A stretch of 64,000 nt of DNA from Pirellulales bacterium (GCA_028066355.1 JALCBP010000002.1:42253-106252), one strand, 5' to 3'. Positions 10,042-20,957 are shown, numbered from the stretch's first letter. Notes: generated by a model from the sequence alone, not told the origin. Program-made: numbers and translations.

Positions 10042-10130
10042 AGCGCCCGAAACATGCTGGAATCTTCGTATTGCAGCCTCACCCGCAGGGCCATTGTTGA
10101 AACAGCCCCGCGGAGAGGAACAACATAGAA

Positions 10131-12251
10131 CTACTCAGTTGCTGGTTCAGCCGCAGCGGCAGTCTCTTCCATGACTGCTCTCCGACTTAATTTTACCCGA
10201 TCTTGCTCGTCAACGGCAATGACCTTGACTCGCATCGTGTCACCAACGCGACAAACATCACCAACATTCCCAACGTACTCGTTTGAGAGTTCGCTGATGT
10301 GGCATAGACCATCTTTTCCAGGGACAAGCTCAACGAATGCACCAAAGTCTTTGACGCTGGTTACGCGACCTTCATAGATTCGACCAATCTGAATCGACGC
10401 TGTCAGAGCTTCAATTTTCGCTAGAGCCGTGGTTGCACTTTCAGCGTCGTGACTGGCAACAGTAACTGTTCCGTCATCTTCCACTTCAACATTAGCCCCG
10501 GTCGTTTCCTGAATAGAGCGAATTGTTTTCCCGCCGGGACCGATAAGCAGGCCAATTTTCTCTGGGTCAATATGAGTCCGCAACAGACGTGGTGCCCAAC
10601 CAGAAATCTCTTCACGAGGTCTGCGCACTGCTGAGAGCATCGAACGGAGAATTTCGAGCCGAGCTTCTCTTGACTGCTCAAGTGTCGCTTTGATGATAGC
10701 TGTGGAAATTCCGTTTATTTTCAAGTCAAGTTGAATACCGGTAATACCGTTTTGTGACCCGGCGATCTTAAAGTCCATATCACCGAAGTGATCCTCGTCA
10801 CCAATGATATCAGTAAGAAGCGTCCACTTATCTTCTGACTCCTTCACAAGGCCGACCGAAATACCAGCTACAGGATTTGTAATCGGCACACCTGCTGCCA
10901 TCAAACCAAGCGTAGCACCACAAACTGATGCCATCGAACTCGAGCCATTCGACTCTAAGATGTCCGAGATCACACGAATTGTGTAAGGAAAGACATCCGG
11001 ATCAGGAAGAATTGGCTTAACACTTCGTTCAGCTAGAGCGCCATGACCTATCTCTCGACGGCCAGGGCCCCGAATCGGCCGAACCTCACCAACAGAAAAA
11101 GAGGGGAAATAATAGTCAAGCATGAACTTCTTTGAATATTCCTCAAACAAGCCATCTACTCGCTGCTCATCCTTACCTGTTCCAAGTGTTACTGTTACAA
11201 GAGCCTGGGTTTCACCTCTTTGAAAAAGAGCTGATCCATGAACACGAGGCAAAAGATCAACCTCACAATCAATCGCTCGCAGTGACTTAGAATCCCGACC
11301 ATCTGGACGTGTACCACCAAGGATCAATTCTCGAATTGCATCTTCTTCGAGACTATGCCAGACATGAGAAAAATCACCTTCATTGACAGCATCGTCACTG
11401 CCTGCAGCATCTGCGGGACAGATTTCTTCTTTTGCTCGTTCTTTAACGGCCTTCACAGCTTCGCCCCGCTCAAGCTTGCCTGTGATTCCTGCAGCCTTCA
11501 AAAGCTCCGCGTAATAGGCCGCTTTCATTCGGCCCTTGAGTGGCGCGTAGTCTGGCAACTCGCATTCCTTCTTTGGCTTCCCACCCTTCGCAACAAGTTC
11601 ATCTTGCATTTCACAGATTGTGATAATGACACGATGAGCTTCTTCCAAAGCTTCAAGCATTCGGTCTTCAGGCATTTCACGAGCAAATCCCTCGATCATT
11701 AGAATAGCCGTCTTACTGCCTGAAACGATAAGATCGAGATCACTCTCTTCAAGTTGATCCTGCGTCGGGAATGGCACAAATTCTCCGTTGACCTGAGCAA
11801 GCCGTACGCTCCCAAGGGGGCCCCCGAAAGGAAGAGGCGAAATGCACAGCGATGCGGATGCACCTATCATTGCTAAAATGTCAGGATCATTTTGGCCATC
11901 GCTTGAGAGTGTCTGAGCCTGTATTTGCACCTCGTCGTAGAACCCTTCTGGGAATAACGGTCGAATCGGCCGATCAATAAGCCGACTTGTAAGGGTCTCC
12001 TTCATGGTTGGCCGACCTTCTCGCTTCAGAAAGCCACCAGGAAACTTTCCTGCTGCAGCAGTTCGTTCACGGTAATCACACGTTAATGGGAAAAAATCAA
12101 TTCCCGCACGAGGTGCTCCCGTTGCTGCAGCAACGAGCACTGTAGTCTCTCCGTACGTAACCAAAACACTGCCAGCAGCCTGTTTCGCCAACACACCTGT
12201 TTCAATACCTAATACTTCTTGTCCAACTTGTCGTTCAACACGATGTTTCAC
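10131..12251 (-). CDS. pnp: Polyribonucleotide nucleotidyltransferase (PNPase)
   Basis: 706 aa with a GTG start. Two RNase PH-like domains, KH (GPGGKTIRSI) and S1 (GRVTSVKDFGAFVEL) domains. Classic rpsO-pnp synteny. Confidence 0.96.
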   Translation of the reverse strand: MKHRVERQVGQEVLGIETGVLAKQAAGSVLVTYGETTVLVAAATGAPRAGIDFFPLTCDYRERTAAAGKFPGGFLKREGRPTMKETLTSRLIDRPIRPLFPEGFYDEVQIQAQTLSSDGQNDPDILAMIGASASLCISPLPFGGPLGSVRLAQVNGEFVPFPTQDQLEESDLDLIVSGSKTAILMIEGFAREMPEDRMLEALEEAHRVIITICEMQDELVAKGGKPKKECELPDYAPLKGRMKAAYYAELLKAAGITGKLERGEAVKAVKERAKEEICPADAAGSDDAVNEGDFSHVWHSLEEDAIRELILGGTRPDGRDSKSLRAIDCEVDLLPRVHGSALFQRGETQALVTVTLGTGKDEQRVDGLFEEYSKKFMLDYYFPSFSVGEVRPIRGPGRREIGHGALAERSVKPILPDPDVFPYTIRVISDILESNGSSSMASVCGATLGLMAAGVPITNPVAGISVGLVKESEDKWTLLTDIIGDEDHFGDMDFKIAGSQNGITGIQLDLKINGISTAIIKATLEQSREARLEILRSMLSAVRRPREEISGWAPRLLRTHIDPEKIGLLIGPGGKTIRSIQETTGANVEVEDDGTVTVASHDAESATTALAKIEALTASIQIGRIYEGRVTSVKDFGAFVELVPGKDGLCHISELSNEYVGNVGDVCRVGDTMRVKVIAVDEQDRVKLSRRAVMEETAAAAEPATE

Positions 12252-12532
12252 TTTTTAATTCCTTCCTTCTTCATTCGTTACTCCTGAAACGCTTGGCACC
12301 AGTTTTTACTGACGATGCTAGAATTCGCTATGGAGTCATTCACTTCAATTCTTAAATCTCTTTCACTCAAATTATGAACACGACACACCCGACACAACGA
12401 CCTTAGATGCGAGAGTCGTACTTCTATCGCAACAGAATAGAGAGAACCAAGCCCAATAAAGCGGTTAATTTCTTTTTAAATCCTCCAAAAGCATTAGCAA
12501 AAAAGCTGATAGCCATGGCGGACCGCTTAAGA

Positions 12533-12802
12533 CTATTTTCGAATACCAAGGCTTCGAATAATATCGAGATATCGCTGGGGAGCGACACGCTTGAGGTAAT
12601 CAAGTAGTCGTCTACGCCGACTGACCATTAACAAGAGTCCTCGACGACTTGCAAAGTCTTTCGAATGCTTCTTGAAATGCTCAGTCAAATGAGTAATCCG
12701 AGCAGTAAGCAGAGCAATCTGCACCTCCGCAGAGCCTGTATCTTCCTGCCCACGACGATGGGCACCTATAAGTTCTTGTTTGCGTTCCTTAGTCAGCGTC
12801 AT
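12533..12802 (-). CDS. rpsO: 30S ribosomal protein S15
   Basis: 89 aa. [35 protein letters not shown] is the canonical S15 sequence. Confidence 0.96.
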   Translation of the reverse strand: MTLTKERKQELIGAHRRGQEDTGSAEVQIALLTARITHLTEHFKKHSKDFASRRGLLLMVSRRRRLLDYLKRVAPQRYLDIIRSLGIRK

Positions 12803-12925
12803 CTTCGTTATTCGCCCTCCATGGGCGATCAGTAGGTTGTTTTCTCTATTACTGTTTCCGCCAAGATTCTACCTTTGGCAGGTAAAAATGCAACAAGAGT
12901 CCTACGGCCAGCCGCATAACCGCAG

Positions 12926-13987
12926 CTACGCACCTTCAACGGCGGTCGCTCCCCTTTTGACCGCAGTCGTCTGACCGGCCCCACGGGGTGTGTGAACGAC
13001 GTTCCATACGAGGCCCAACCGCTCCATCGCAAGAATAACCCAGTAGGTCATATCAACTTCCCACCACTTATGGCCGTGCTTGGCCATTCGCTGAAATGCG
13101 TGATGATTGTTATGCCATCCTTCCCCAAAAGCAAGAAGACCAACCCACCAAAGATTTCGTGAGTCATCAGTCGTCTCGTAGTTCCTGTAACCCCAGATGT
13201 GTGTAGCAGAGTTCACAAACCACGTTACGTGAAAGACGTAGACCATTCGAACAGCGAGACCCCAAAGCAACCATGAAATTCCAATGTCGCGGCCATACAG
13301 GGCCCACCCACCTGCAAGCAATCCACCGCCAATTACAAAATGCCACAGCAAAAACGTTTTGTGAAAAAATAGAACGCCGGCATCTTTGGCTAAATCAGGT
13401 GCCCAACGTTTAACGTGAGCATCAATCTCAGCAGTTGTATGCCGAGGAAAAAGCCACAACATGTGGCTCCAGAGACCTCCATCTCGGGGGCTGTGTGGAT
13501 CACCCTCTTGGTCACTGAATGCGTGATGCTTACGGTGATTCGCTACCCAAACAATGGCCGAACCCTCACCAGAAATTCCACCCACAAAGGCGAAGAACCA
13601 TCGCACAGGCTTTGATGTGACAAAACTTCCGTGAGTGAGTAACCGATGATAACCAAGGGTGACACCGAGGCACCCAGTCACCCAGCATAGAAAAAGACAA
13701 ATAGCTAGACCGGACCAGGAAAAATAAAATGGGGCAGCCAAGGCTGCAACATGCATTCCGGCTATCCAAAGCAGAGTCGGCCAATCAATTCCATTCCTTC
13801 CCGCTGCTTTTCCATCTGATCGGGGCTCAAAGGATGAACTGTCTGAATTTGCATCTGTTGTTATCTGTTGAGAATCAGGCCCATGAATCGCGCTGCGACC
13901 AAACTGACACGATTCATCTTCAAGAAGATTATTTGGGGCCTGTGCCTGATCAGACGAAGAGGACGGCGGAAGAGTACTGGTGGCCAT
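12926..13987 (-). CDS. Acyl-CoA/acyl-lipid (delta-9 type) fatty acid desaturase
   Basis: 353 aa and membrane-bound. Three His boxes are present: HRLLTH, HRKHHAFSD and GEGWHNNHHAF. Confidence 0.88.
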   Translation of the reverse strand: MATSTLPPSSSSDQAQAPNNLLEDESCQFGRSAIHGPDSQQITTDANSDSSSFEPRSDGKAAGRNGIDWPTLLWIAGMHVAALAAPFYFSWSGLAICLFLCWVTGCLGVTLGYHRLLTHGSFVTSKPVRWFFAFVGGISGEGSAIVWVANHRKHHAFSDQEGDPHSPRDGGLWSHMLWLFPRHTTAEIDAHVKRWAPDLAKDAGVLFFHKTFLLWHFVIGGGLLAGGWALYGRDIGISWLLWGLAVRMVYVFHVTWFVNSATHIWGYRNYETTDDSRNLWWVGLLAFGEGWHNNHHAFQRMAKHGHKWWEVDMTYWVILAMERLGLVWNVVHTPRGAGQTTAVKRGATAVEGA

Positions 13988-14165
13988 AGAAATTCCTGAT
14001 TTTCGGTGAATCTAGCTTTTGATAATGGCGGTCACTAACTGAGTATATTCTTATCAGATACTCGGATCTGGCTATCTCAATCCGTCGAAGACCCGTTGAA
14101 GAAATGTCAAAACTAGGTCAAAACAGCTTTAAACTACCTTTTTCAACCGTTTTTCACGCAGGATT

Positions 14166-15398
14166 TTACTGGAGGACACCAGTTCTCGGCAAAACAGAAA
14201 GAAGCCAGCCGGTTACGTCTGTCTCTGGAACAGCCGCTGGCGTTGTCCCGGAAAGAAGCCAAGCTACTCGATCAAGTGTTGCAGTTTGGGTTGGCTCAAG
14301 AATGACTGGCGATCCCCGAGATTCTAGCAAGCAACCAGATCTCCCGGGTAAAGCACTCAAGTGCAGGCCTTTCGAATCAACCACTAGACCAAAACCGAGA
14401 CGTTCAAATGATCGCACACGGCTCCCGCTGAGTTGGTGGTAGGCGTCTTCGACTCGGCATCCGAGTATCGTAACAAGGCGGTCTATCCAGACTTGTTCGA
14501 TTTCTCCTTGGTCAGCAACACACACGCAGTCACACAATGCAATTCGCTGATCTGACCAAACAAATCGGTTTAACTTGATTTCTGCATCACCTTGCATATG
14601 TGAAGGCAATAATAATGTCATTGCATCCAGGTCAACTTGTTTGATTCCTCCAACGCATTCTGCAGTCCAAGCACCGTCTCTATTCGAGATGTGAGCATGA
14701 CCGGTAAACGTGGCGTTTTCTCCGAACGGCCATTGCGAAGCACCGCACTCGCCCAGTGCAACATTTACGAAAGGAACCGGTACCGGATCAGATACATTCA
14801 CTTCGAATTCAGTTATATAACCCGTTGCATGTCCTTCTGTTTTTCCGTCATGCGGTGTCCGCACGATTCGCACTTCATCTTGACCATTGTCTCTTTGAAA
14901 GAAGCGAATAGCCCGTCCTGATCCAGTAGACACACATTCAATACGAAGTGGCGATATGTTACCTACCTCCTCTGGATTTATCTTTCCCCAAGAGAAATCC
15001 TCAATATCAATTACACAGTTCTTGTTGAATTGAACAGGCTCGGCAAGCCATCGCTTGACTAGACCAACAATAAGCCTGGCTGTATCTTCCCCTGAAACGA
15101 GACTATCAACTGTGACCCGAACCTCATCTTTAGAAGTAACAACAAACACATCATCAAAAGACTGCTCTGCAATTGTTACTCCCGAGAGTTTCAAACACCC
15201 AGGTTGAGGGTGAGTCAAACTTTCAATGCGCACTCGACTGCCAAGTAACTTTGAGGCATTTTCGGCAATGTGTTCTCGATGTGCTTTTGATTGACAAATG
15301 ACTGCCCAATAGGAAAGGCACATTGTTGGCACGACACATAGCAGAAAAAACGCTGACCTAACTCGCCAAATCTTTACAGCTGACTGTGCTACGAACAT
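14166..15398 (-). CDS. Hypothetical membrane-anchored protein
   Basis: 410-aa ORF with one N-terminal hydrophobic helix (AFFLLCVVPTMCLSYWAVI), followed by a beta-rich, Cys-containing region. I recognise no motif. Confidence 0.55.
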   Translation of the reverse strand: MFVAQSAVKIWRVRSAFFLLCVVPTMCLSYWAVICQSKAHREHIAENASKLLGSRVRIESLTHPQPGCLKLSGVTIAEQSFDDVFVVTSKDEVRVTVDSLVSGEDTARLIVGLVKRWLAEPVQFNKNCVIDIEDFSWGKINPEEVGNISPLRIECVSTGSGRAIRFFQRDNGQDEVRIVRTPHDGKTEGHATGYITEFEVNVSDPVPVPFVNVALGECGASQWPFGENATFTGHAHISNRDGAWTAECVGGIKQVDLDAMTLLLPSHMQGDAEIKLNRFVWSDQRIALCDCVCVADQGEIEQVWIDRLVTILGCRVEDAYHQLSGSRVRSFERLGFGLVVDSKGLHLSALPGRSGCLLESRGSPVILEPTQTATLDRVAWLLSGTTPAAVPETDVTGWLLSVLPRTGVLQ

Positions 15399-15436
15399 CC
15401 TTGTTCACTCCCAACTTATACATCTGGGTCCAGCAT

Positions 15437-16576
15437 CTATCGACTCGTCACCAGTTTTTGGTAGAGCTCCCAGCGGGCACGCATTTCTTCGATACTATCG
15501 CCCCCAAACTTATCAACTAATGCCGCTGCTACTGAAAACGCCACAACATTTTCAACAATCACGCTACAAGCACTGACCGCACATACATCACTCCGTTCAT
15601 ATGCTGCAGACTCGGGTTGCTTTGTTTTTAGATTTACTGAATCAAGGGGCTTCCGCAGAGTGCTAATCGGCTTCATCGCAGCGCGAATGACCAGAGGTTG
15701 CCCATTTGTGATTCCAGCCTCTAATCCCCCAGCATTATTTGTAGGACGAATAAACCCTGCCATCGGTTTCCCGCGTGCGCTTTCGTCATAATGAATCGGA
15801 TCGTGCACCTCTGACCCAGGCCGTCGTGCTGTCTCAAATCCCATTCCTATTTCAACGCCTTTTATGGCTTGTACCGCCATCACGGCTTGTGCTAACTGGC
15901 CATCGAGTTTGCGATCCCACTGGGTGTGAGTACCAAGACCAATTGGCAATCCGTCAACACGAACTTCAACAATTCCTCCAAGGGTATCTCCGTCTTTCCC
16001 AACACGGTCAATAAGATCTTTTACATGATTATCTTGCTCCGGATGAAGTGAATAAATCTCGCTTGAGTTGCGAATTTCTCGTAACTCAGGAAGCGCGCCC
16101 TCACGACCACCAAGAACAACACCTCCCAACTCTGTTACCCAACCCGCGACCTCAATGCCAAACAATGAAAGTAACTGGCGTGCAAGAGCACCCGCTGCGA
16201 CTCGAACTGCTGTTTCCCGCGCACTTGCCCGCTCCAAAACAGGGCGTACACCTCCAAGATGCTTTATCGCACCTGGCAAGTCAGCATGACCGGGACGAGG
16301 CCTCTCGATATCATCCATCTTCTCAATTTTCGCATCACGATTAATTACCTGTAACGTGAGAGGGCTTCCAAGAGTCTTACCTTTCCAAAGGCCGGACAAA
16401 AAGGTGACCGTGTCTGTTTCTATTCGCTGCCGTCCGCCGCGACCGTATCCTCCTTGGCGTCGTTGCAACTCACTGTCAATACTATCAGTGTTAACAACAA
16501 GTCCGGCAGGAAAACCGTCTACCAAAGCAGTTAAAGCCGGCCCATGGGATTCACCGGCAGTCCAATATCGAAGCAT
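15437..16576 (-). CDS. aroC: Chorismate synthase
   Basis: 379 aa. MLRYWTAGESHGPAL start, GGYGRGGRQRIE and RPGHAD motifs. Confidence 0.95.
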   Translation of the reverse strand: MLRYWTAGESHGPALTALVDGFPAGLVVNTDSIDSELQRRQGGYGRGGRQRIETDTVTFLSGLWKGKTLGSPLTLQVINRDAKIEKMDDIERPRPGHADLPGAIKHLGGVRPVLERASARETAVRVAAGALARQLLSLFGIEVAGWVTELGGVVLGGREGALPELREIRNSSEIYSLHPEQDNHVKDLIDRVGKDGDTLGGIVEVRVDGLPIGLGTHTQWDRKLDGQLAQAVMAVQAIKGVEIGMGFETARRPGSEVHDPIHYDESARGKPMAGFIRPTNNAGGLEAGITNGQPLVIRAAMKPISTLRKPLDSVNLKTKQPESAAYERSDVCAVSACSVIVENVVAFSVAAALVDKFGGDSIEEMRARWELYQKLVTSR

Positions 16577-16723
16577 GAGGCAATCTGTAGTCTAGGGGTT
16601 TGTAAAACACTTCTAAGGAAACAGCAAATCAGGCATACACTTGAACATTATGTCAGTTAAATCTGTTTCCTTGACCATAGTCTAATCACCAAATCCTTTT
16701 GACCATAGAGCGACATCCAGCGT

Positions 16724-17647
16724 CTAACAAGGCAGACTTCCTGTTAGTCTTTGACATACATCGAGATATCTTTGGCTCGTGCCATGCACTATTTCCGGCG
16801 GCAGAGGAGGGGGGGGACTCGTTCGGTCCCAACCCGAGGAAGCCAGCCAATCGCGTACAAATTGCTTATCAAAGGACTCAGGCACATTGCCTTTACATGT
16901 TAACTCAGCGGGCCAAAAACGAGAACTGTCTGGGGTGAGCACTTCATCAACTAACATCAATTGCCCATCGCGATCATGGCCCCATTCAAATTTGGTATCA
17001 GCAAGAACAATTCCCTTCTCAACTGCTAACTTTGTAGCTCTGTCATATACTGCAATGCTTTTTTCACGGAGTTCAAAGGCGAGTGACTTGCCCAATGCAT
17101 CGGCCATTGTTTCAAAAGAAACATTTTCGTCGTGTCCTTCGGTTGCTTTGGTAGCAGGAGTAAAAATAGAGTTGGGCAGCCTATCACCCGCACGCAATTT
17201 AGGCGGAAGCGAAATACCGCAAACCGTACCAGACTGTTGATACTCCAGCAGGCCTGATCCCGCGAGCCACCCGCGCACCACACACTCAAAAGGAATAACA
17301 TTAGCTGCCTTAACGAGCATCGAACGGCCACGAATCAACTCTCGATCAATAGTTGACGGAAGGTCCATCTCATCAACATCTGTGGTAACCAGATGATGCG
17401 AAACAGGTGAAGAATGCTCCGACAACCAACCGAACCAGAAGTTGGAAACGGCTGTCAACACCTTGCCTTTACCCGGTATCGGCGTCGGCAAAACCCAGTC
17501 AAAAGCACTCACTCGATCTGTACTCACAATAAGCATGTGAGGTTCATCTGATACGTTAAGCCGGTAACAGTCACGGACCTTCCCACGAACTGGTTCACCG
17601 ATAGGCAAGTTCGTTTCTATAACAGGGGAATCATTGAATGATGTCAT
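16724..17647 (-). CDS. purC: Phosphoribosylaminoimidazole-succinocarboxamide (SAICAR) synthase
   Basis: The ORF is open to 17707, but MTSFNDSPV at 17647 fits family length. GKVRDCY, STDRVSAFD and LADTKFEWG motifs are present. Confidence 0.9.
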   Translation of the reverse strand: MTSFNDSPVIETNLPIGEPVRGKVRDCYRLNVSDEPHMLIVSTDRVSAFDWVLPTPIPGKGKVLTAVSNFWFGWLSEHSSPVSHHLVTTDVDEMDLPSTIDRELIRGRSMLVKAANVIPFECVVRGWLAGSGLLEYQQSGTVCGISLPPKLRAGDRLPNSIFTPATKATEGHDENVSFETMADALGKSLAFELREKSIAVYDRATKLAVEKGIVLADTKFEWGHDRDGQLMLVDEVLTPDSSRFWPAELTCKGNVPESFDKQFVRDWLASSGWDRTSPPPPLPPEIVHGTSQRYLDVCQRLTGSLPC

Positions 17648-17750
17648 GAACTTTTCTTCTTGTGGATTGGAAGCGGCGTGCAAGAAACTGTGACAATACC
17701 AAAACAAGAACCAGCAATGCTAAGGACACTTACGAACACCGAGATACAAC

Positions 17751-20700
17751 TTAACAAAAATCCCGTGACATCCTTGGTAGATCAGCAAGTGACAATTCAT
17801 TCTCGTTACCTCCGCTCCAGGCTTCCAGCCGCTTTGCCAAAAGATGCACAACTTTCCCGCGCCGTTGAACACGACCTTTAACCATTAACACCGACGCTTG
17901 CCTGTCTTTGAAATCACATCGCTGCCAGACTGCTTTCGGAACAACCACGTTCACAATGTCTGTTTCATCCTCAAGCGTCAAAAAGATAAGGCCTTTCGCT
18001 GTCGCTGGACGCTGACGCGACAGCACAACACCAACAACCATGACCCTGCTACCTTCTGGACGAGAACAGGCACCTTTAGCAGTCAAGACGCCGCAATGCC
18101 TGAGATGCGAACGAATAAAATGCAGCGGGTGATTTTTAAGAGAAAGCCCTGATGCACGATAGTCAGACAATACTTCTTCAAGAGGCGAAGTCGTTGGCAA
18201 ATCCGCCACCTCATCAAAACTACTTTCTGCTTTATCAAAACCATCATTAGACAAACCTTCAAACAAGGGCATACTCCCCGGTTCAGGCTTACGCTCCATT
18301 GAATTCCATATTGCCTGCCTTCGACACTTGGACAACGACTTTAAAGCCCCAGCACGAGCTAATGAAAGGACCTGACTCTGCGTCAACTGACACCGCTTCG
18401 TGAGATCATAAATACTCTTGAATCGACCTGCTCTCCTAGCCTCTTCAATTTGATAACCACTTGTTTGACCAAGCCCATGAACTTGCTCTAGACCAAGTCG
18501 AAGAGCAGGCAAGGATCCATCAGAAGAATCAATACATGCATGCCATTCACTGCTTTGGATACAAACAGGCAAAACAGTCACGCCATGCTCTTGGGCGTCA
18601 CGAACAAGCTGGGCTGGGGCATAAAAACCCATTGGCTGGCTACCAAGCAGCGCAGCCGTAAATGCCGCCGGATAATGAAACTTAAGCCAGGCAGAGACAT
18701 ACACCAACAATGCAAAGCTAGCGGCGTGTGACTCTGGAAACCCATATTCACCAAAGCCTTTCAACTGCTGAAAGACTTGCTCTGCAAAAGTCAGTGAAAG
18801 CCCTCGTGATACCATTCCATCTACCAGCCGTTGATGAAATTCCTGAATCACCCCGGTTCGGCGCCATGCCCCCATTGCTCGCCGTAGTTGGTCAGCCTCA
18901 CCAGGAGTAAAGCCTGCAGCCACTACTGCAAGCCGCATTGCCTGCTCTTGAAACAAAGGTACACCAAGTGTTTTTTCAAGCACTTCTCGAATTGCCTGAT
19001 TCGGATAACAGACAGATTCTTCTCCTTGACGTCGCCGAAGGTATGGGTGCACCATATCACCTTGTATTGGCCCCGGACGAACAATGGCTACTTCTATAAC
19101 CAAGTCATAAAAACAGGATGGCTTCAAACGTGGCAACATGCTTCGCTGCGCACGACTCTCAATCTGAAATACCCCTACTGTATCTGCCTCTGAAATCATC
19201 TTGTAAACACGAGGATCTTCAGCTGGTACTGTTGCTAATGTGAGACACGGGCCACCACCTTGCTTCACAAGATCAAATGCACGATGGATGGCCGAAAGCA
19301 TTCCCAGCGAGAGACAGTCAACTTTTAATATTCCAATTTCATCAAGATCGTTTTTGTCCCATTGGATGACTGTGCGACCGTCCATACTGGCCGGCTGGAT
19401 TGGCACTAATTCACAGAGATCTCCTTGAGTTATTACCATACCCCCCACATGCTGCCCAAGATGGCGAGGAAAACTAATCAACTGATTCACAAGCACAACA
19501 AGCCTTTGACCTGACTCGCTATGTGGATCAATACCAGACTCAGACAATCTTTCAGGTAACTGCTCTACACGATCACCTACATCAAGAATTCGTGCTAATT
19601 GATTGATTCGGTCGAGTGAGAAACCAAGAACTTTTGCCAAATCCCGAACAGCCGATCGCAAGCGATAGCAGATCACTTCAGCAGTCATTGCTGAACGCAT
19701 ACGACCATAGGTTGTGTAAATATATTGCAGCACCTCTTCCCGGCGGTGATGCTCAAAGTCAACGTCAATGTCAGGTGCCTCTTGCCGTTCACGGCTCACA
19801 AACCGTTCAAAAAGCACATTTGCCCGAGCAGGATCAACTGATGTAATACCGAGGCAATAGCAAATAGCCGAATTGGCCGCAGACCCACGACCCTGACAAA
19901 GAATGCCGCGCCGACGAGCAAACCGAACCAAGTCAAATACGGTGAGGAAATATGCCTCATAGCCAAGTTCATGAACAAGCGACAGTTCATGCCTTAGAAG
20001 ATCAGTCACTTTCTCAGGAACTCTATTGTCATAACGTTTTCGAGCACCTTTCCAGACCAAGTTGCTCAAATAATCTGCTGGCGACCAACCAGATGGCACA
20101 ACTGCATGAGGATACTCGTACGAAATATCATCAAGTGAAAACGAACAACGACTGGCGATCTCAAGCGTACGGTCTACCGCACCTGGTAGGACAGAAAAGC
20201 GTTTCGCAACATGATTAATGTCCTGTAGATGCCGCTCACCGTTTGACAGTAGCTTTCCCTGAATTGATTCAACCGTTTTGCCGTACCGAACTGCAGTAAG
20301 AGCATCATGCAGAGGTTGGCGATCACGACTGTGATAACGAACATCACCAGCAGCTACCAAAGGAATATGGGTTTCATAAGAAAGCCTTGCATAGCTCAAA
20401 AGACGTTCCTGGTCATCTCCTTCCATTGCAACTTCGGCTAACCCATAGAGCTGCTTACCAAGCCTATCCTGCCATGCACGAATCAAAGCAGCTCCTGATT
20501 CAACAGGGTCGAGTAACTGAGTTAACGGAATGCCTGCAAGCAAACCATCCGCATGGGCAGCCACTTCGTCAGCAGTCAGACAACAACGAGGAGACCGACT
20601 TCGTAATTCACTTCCGTCGATTTGACCATCGTATTCCTTCGAACAACCCTGCTTCAAAAGCCCCGTTGTCAACAAACGACAGAGATTCTTATATCCCTTC

Positions 20701-20957
20701 TTATTTGCTACCCATAGAACAAGTGGCGCAGCATCTATTGGCTCAATAGCAGCACCTATTATCAGGTGGATGCCAGATTCTTTCGCTGCAGCGTGAGCTC
20801 GTACAACACCAGACAGACTTGCTCGGTCTGTTATTGCAAGTGACGTATACCCCAAAGCAGCTGCTTGCGAGACTAATTCCTCCGGGTGTGAGCCTCCCTG
20901 AAGAAATGAAAAATTTGTCGTACAGTGAAGTTCCGCATAACGTCTACGACGCTGCAT
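17751..20957 (-). CDS. dnaE2: Error-prone DNA polymerase DnaE2 (ImuC)
   Basis: 1068 aa. N-terminal PHP domain (YAELHCTTNFSFLQGGSHPEEL) and pol III alpha core (GILKVDCLSLGML, FQIESR). It lies directly downstream of imuA-imuB. Confidence 0.92.
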   Translation of the reverse strand: MQRRRRYAELHCTTNFSFLQGGSHPEELVSQAAALGYTSLAITDRASLSGVVRAHAAAKESGIHLIIGAAIEPIDAAPLVLWVANKKGYKNLCRLLTTGLLKQGCSKEYDGQIDGSELRSRSPRCCLTADEVAAHADGLLAGIPLTQLLDPVESGAALIRAWQDRLGKQLYGLAEVAMEGDDQERLLSYARLSYETHIPLVAAGDVRYHSRDRQPLHDALTAVRYGKTVESIQGKLLSNGERHLQDINHVAKRFSVLPGAVDRTLEIASRCSFSLDDISYEYPHAVVPSGWSPADYLSNLVWKGARKRYDNRVPEKVTDLLRHELSLVHELGYEAYFLTVFDLVRFARRRGILCQGRGSAANSAICYCLGITSVDPARANVLFERFVSRERQEAPDIDVDFEHHRREEVLQYIYTTYGRMRSAMTAEVICYRLRSAVRDLAKVLGFSLDRINQLARILDVGDRVEQLPERLSESGIDPHSESGQRLVVLVNQLISFPRHLGQHVGGMVITQGDLCELVPIQPASMDGRTVIQWDKNDLDEIGILKVDCLSLGMLSAIHRAFDLVKQGGGPCLTLATVPAEDPRVYKMISEADTVGVFQIESRAQRSMLPRLKPSCFYDLVIEVAIVRPGPIQGDMVHPYLRRRQGEESVCYPNQAIREVLEKTLGVPLFQEQAMRLAVVAAGFTPGEADQLRRAMGAWRRTGVIQEFHQRLVDGMVSRGLSLTFAEQVFQQLKGFGEYGFPESHAASFALLVYVSAWLKFHYPAAFTAALLGSQPMGFYAPAQLVRDAQEHGVTVLPVCIQSSEWHACIDSSDGSLPALRLGLEQVHGLGQTSGYQIEEARRAGRFKSIYDLTKRCQLTQSQVLSLARAGALKSLSKCRRQAIWNSMERKPEPGSMPLFEGLSNDGFDKAESSFDEVADLPTTSPLEEVLSDYRASGLSLKNHPLHFIRSHLRHCGVLTAKGACSRPEGSRVMVVGVVLSRQRPATAKGLIFLTLEDETDIVNVVVPKAVWQRCDFKDRQASVLMVKGRVQRRGKVVHLLAKRLEAWSGGNENELSLADLPRMSRDFC

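Noticed and set aside
10042-10130. An imperfect 9-bp inverted repeat (CCGCAGGGC...GCCCCGCGG) downstream of pnp, considered as a possible terminator.
   Set aside because: It has one mismatch, a 13-nt loop and no T-run on the minus strand. It is not convincing as an intrinsic terminator and may be a processing or stability element at most.
12294-12310. TGGCAC-N5-TTTAC, a partial sigma-54 -24/-12-like element near the sigma-54 EBP locus.
   Set aside because: The -12 element is poor (TTTAC rather than TTGC). It points along the plus strand into the rpsO-pnp spacer, where no plus-strand gene follows.
14104-14442. A 112-aa plus-strand ORF at the 3' end of the orphan 410-aa gene.
   Set aside because: It runs antisense to a longer ORF, has Ser/Arg/Pro-rich shadow composition, and has no start signals.
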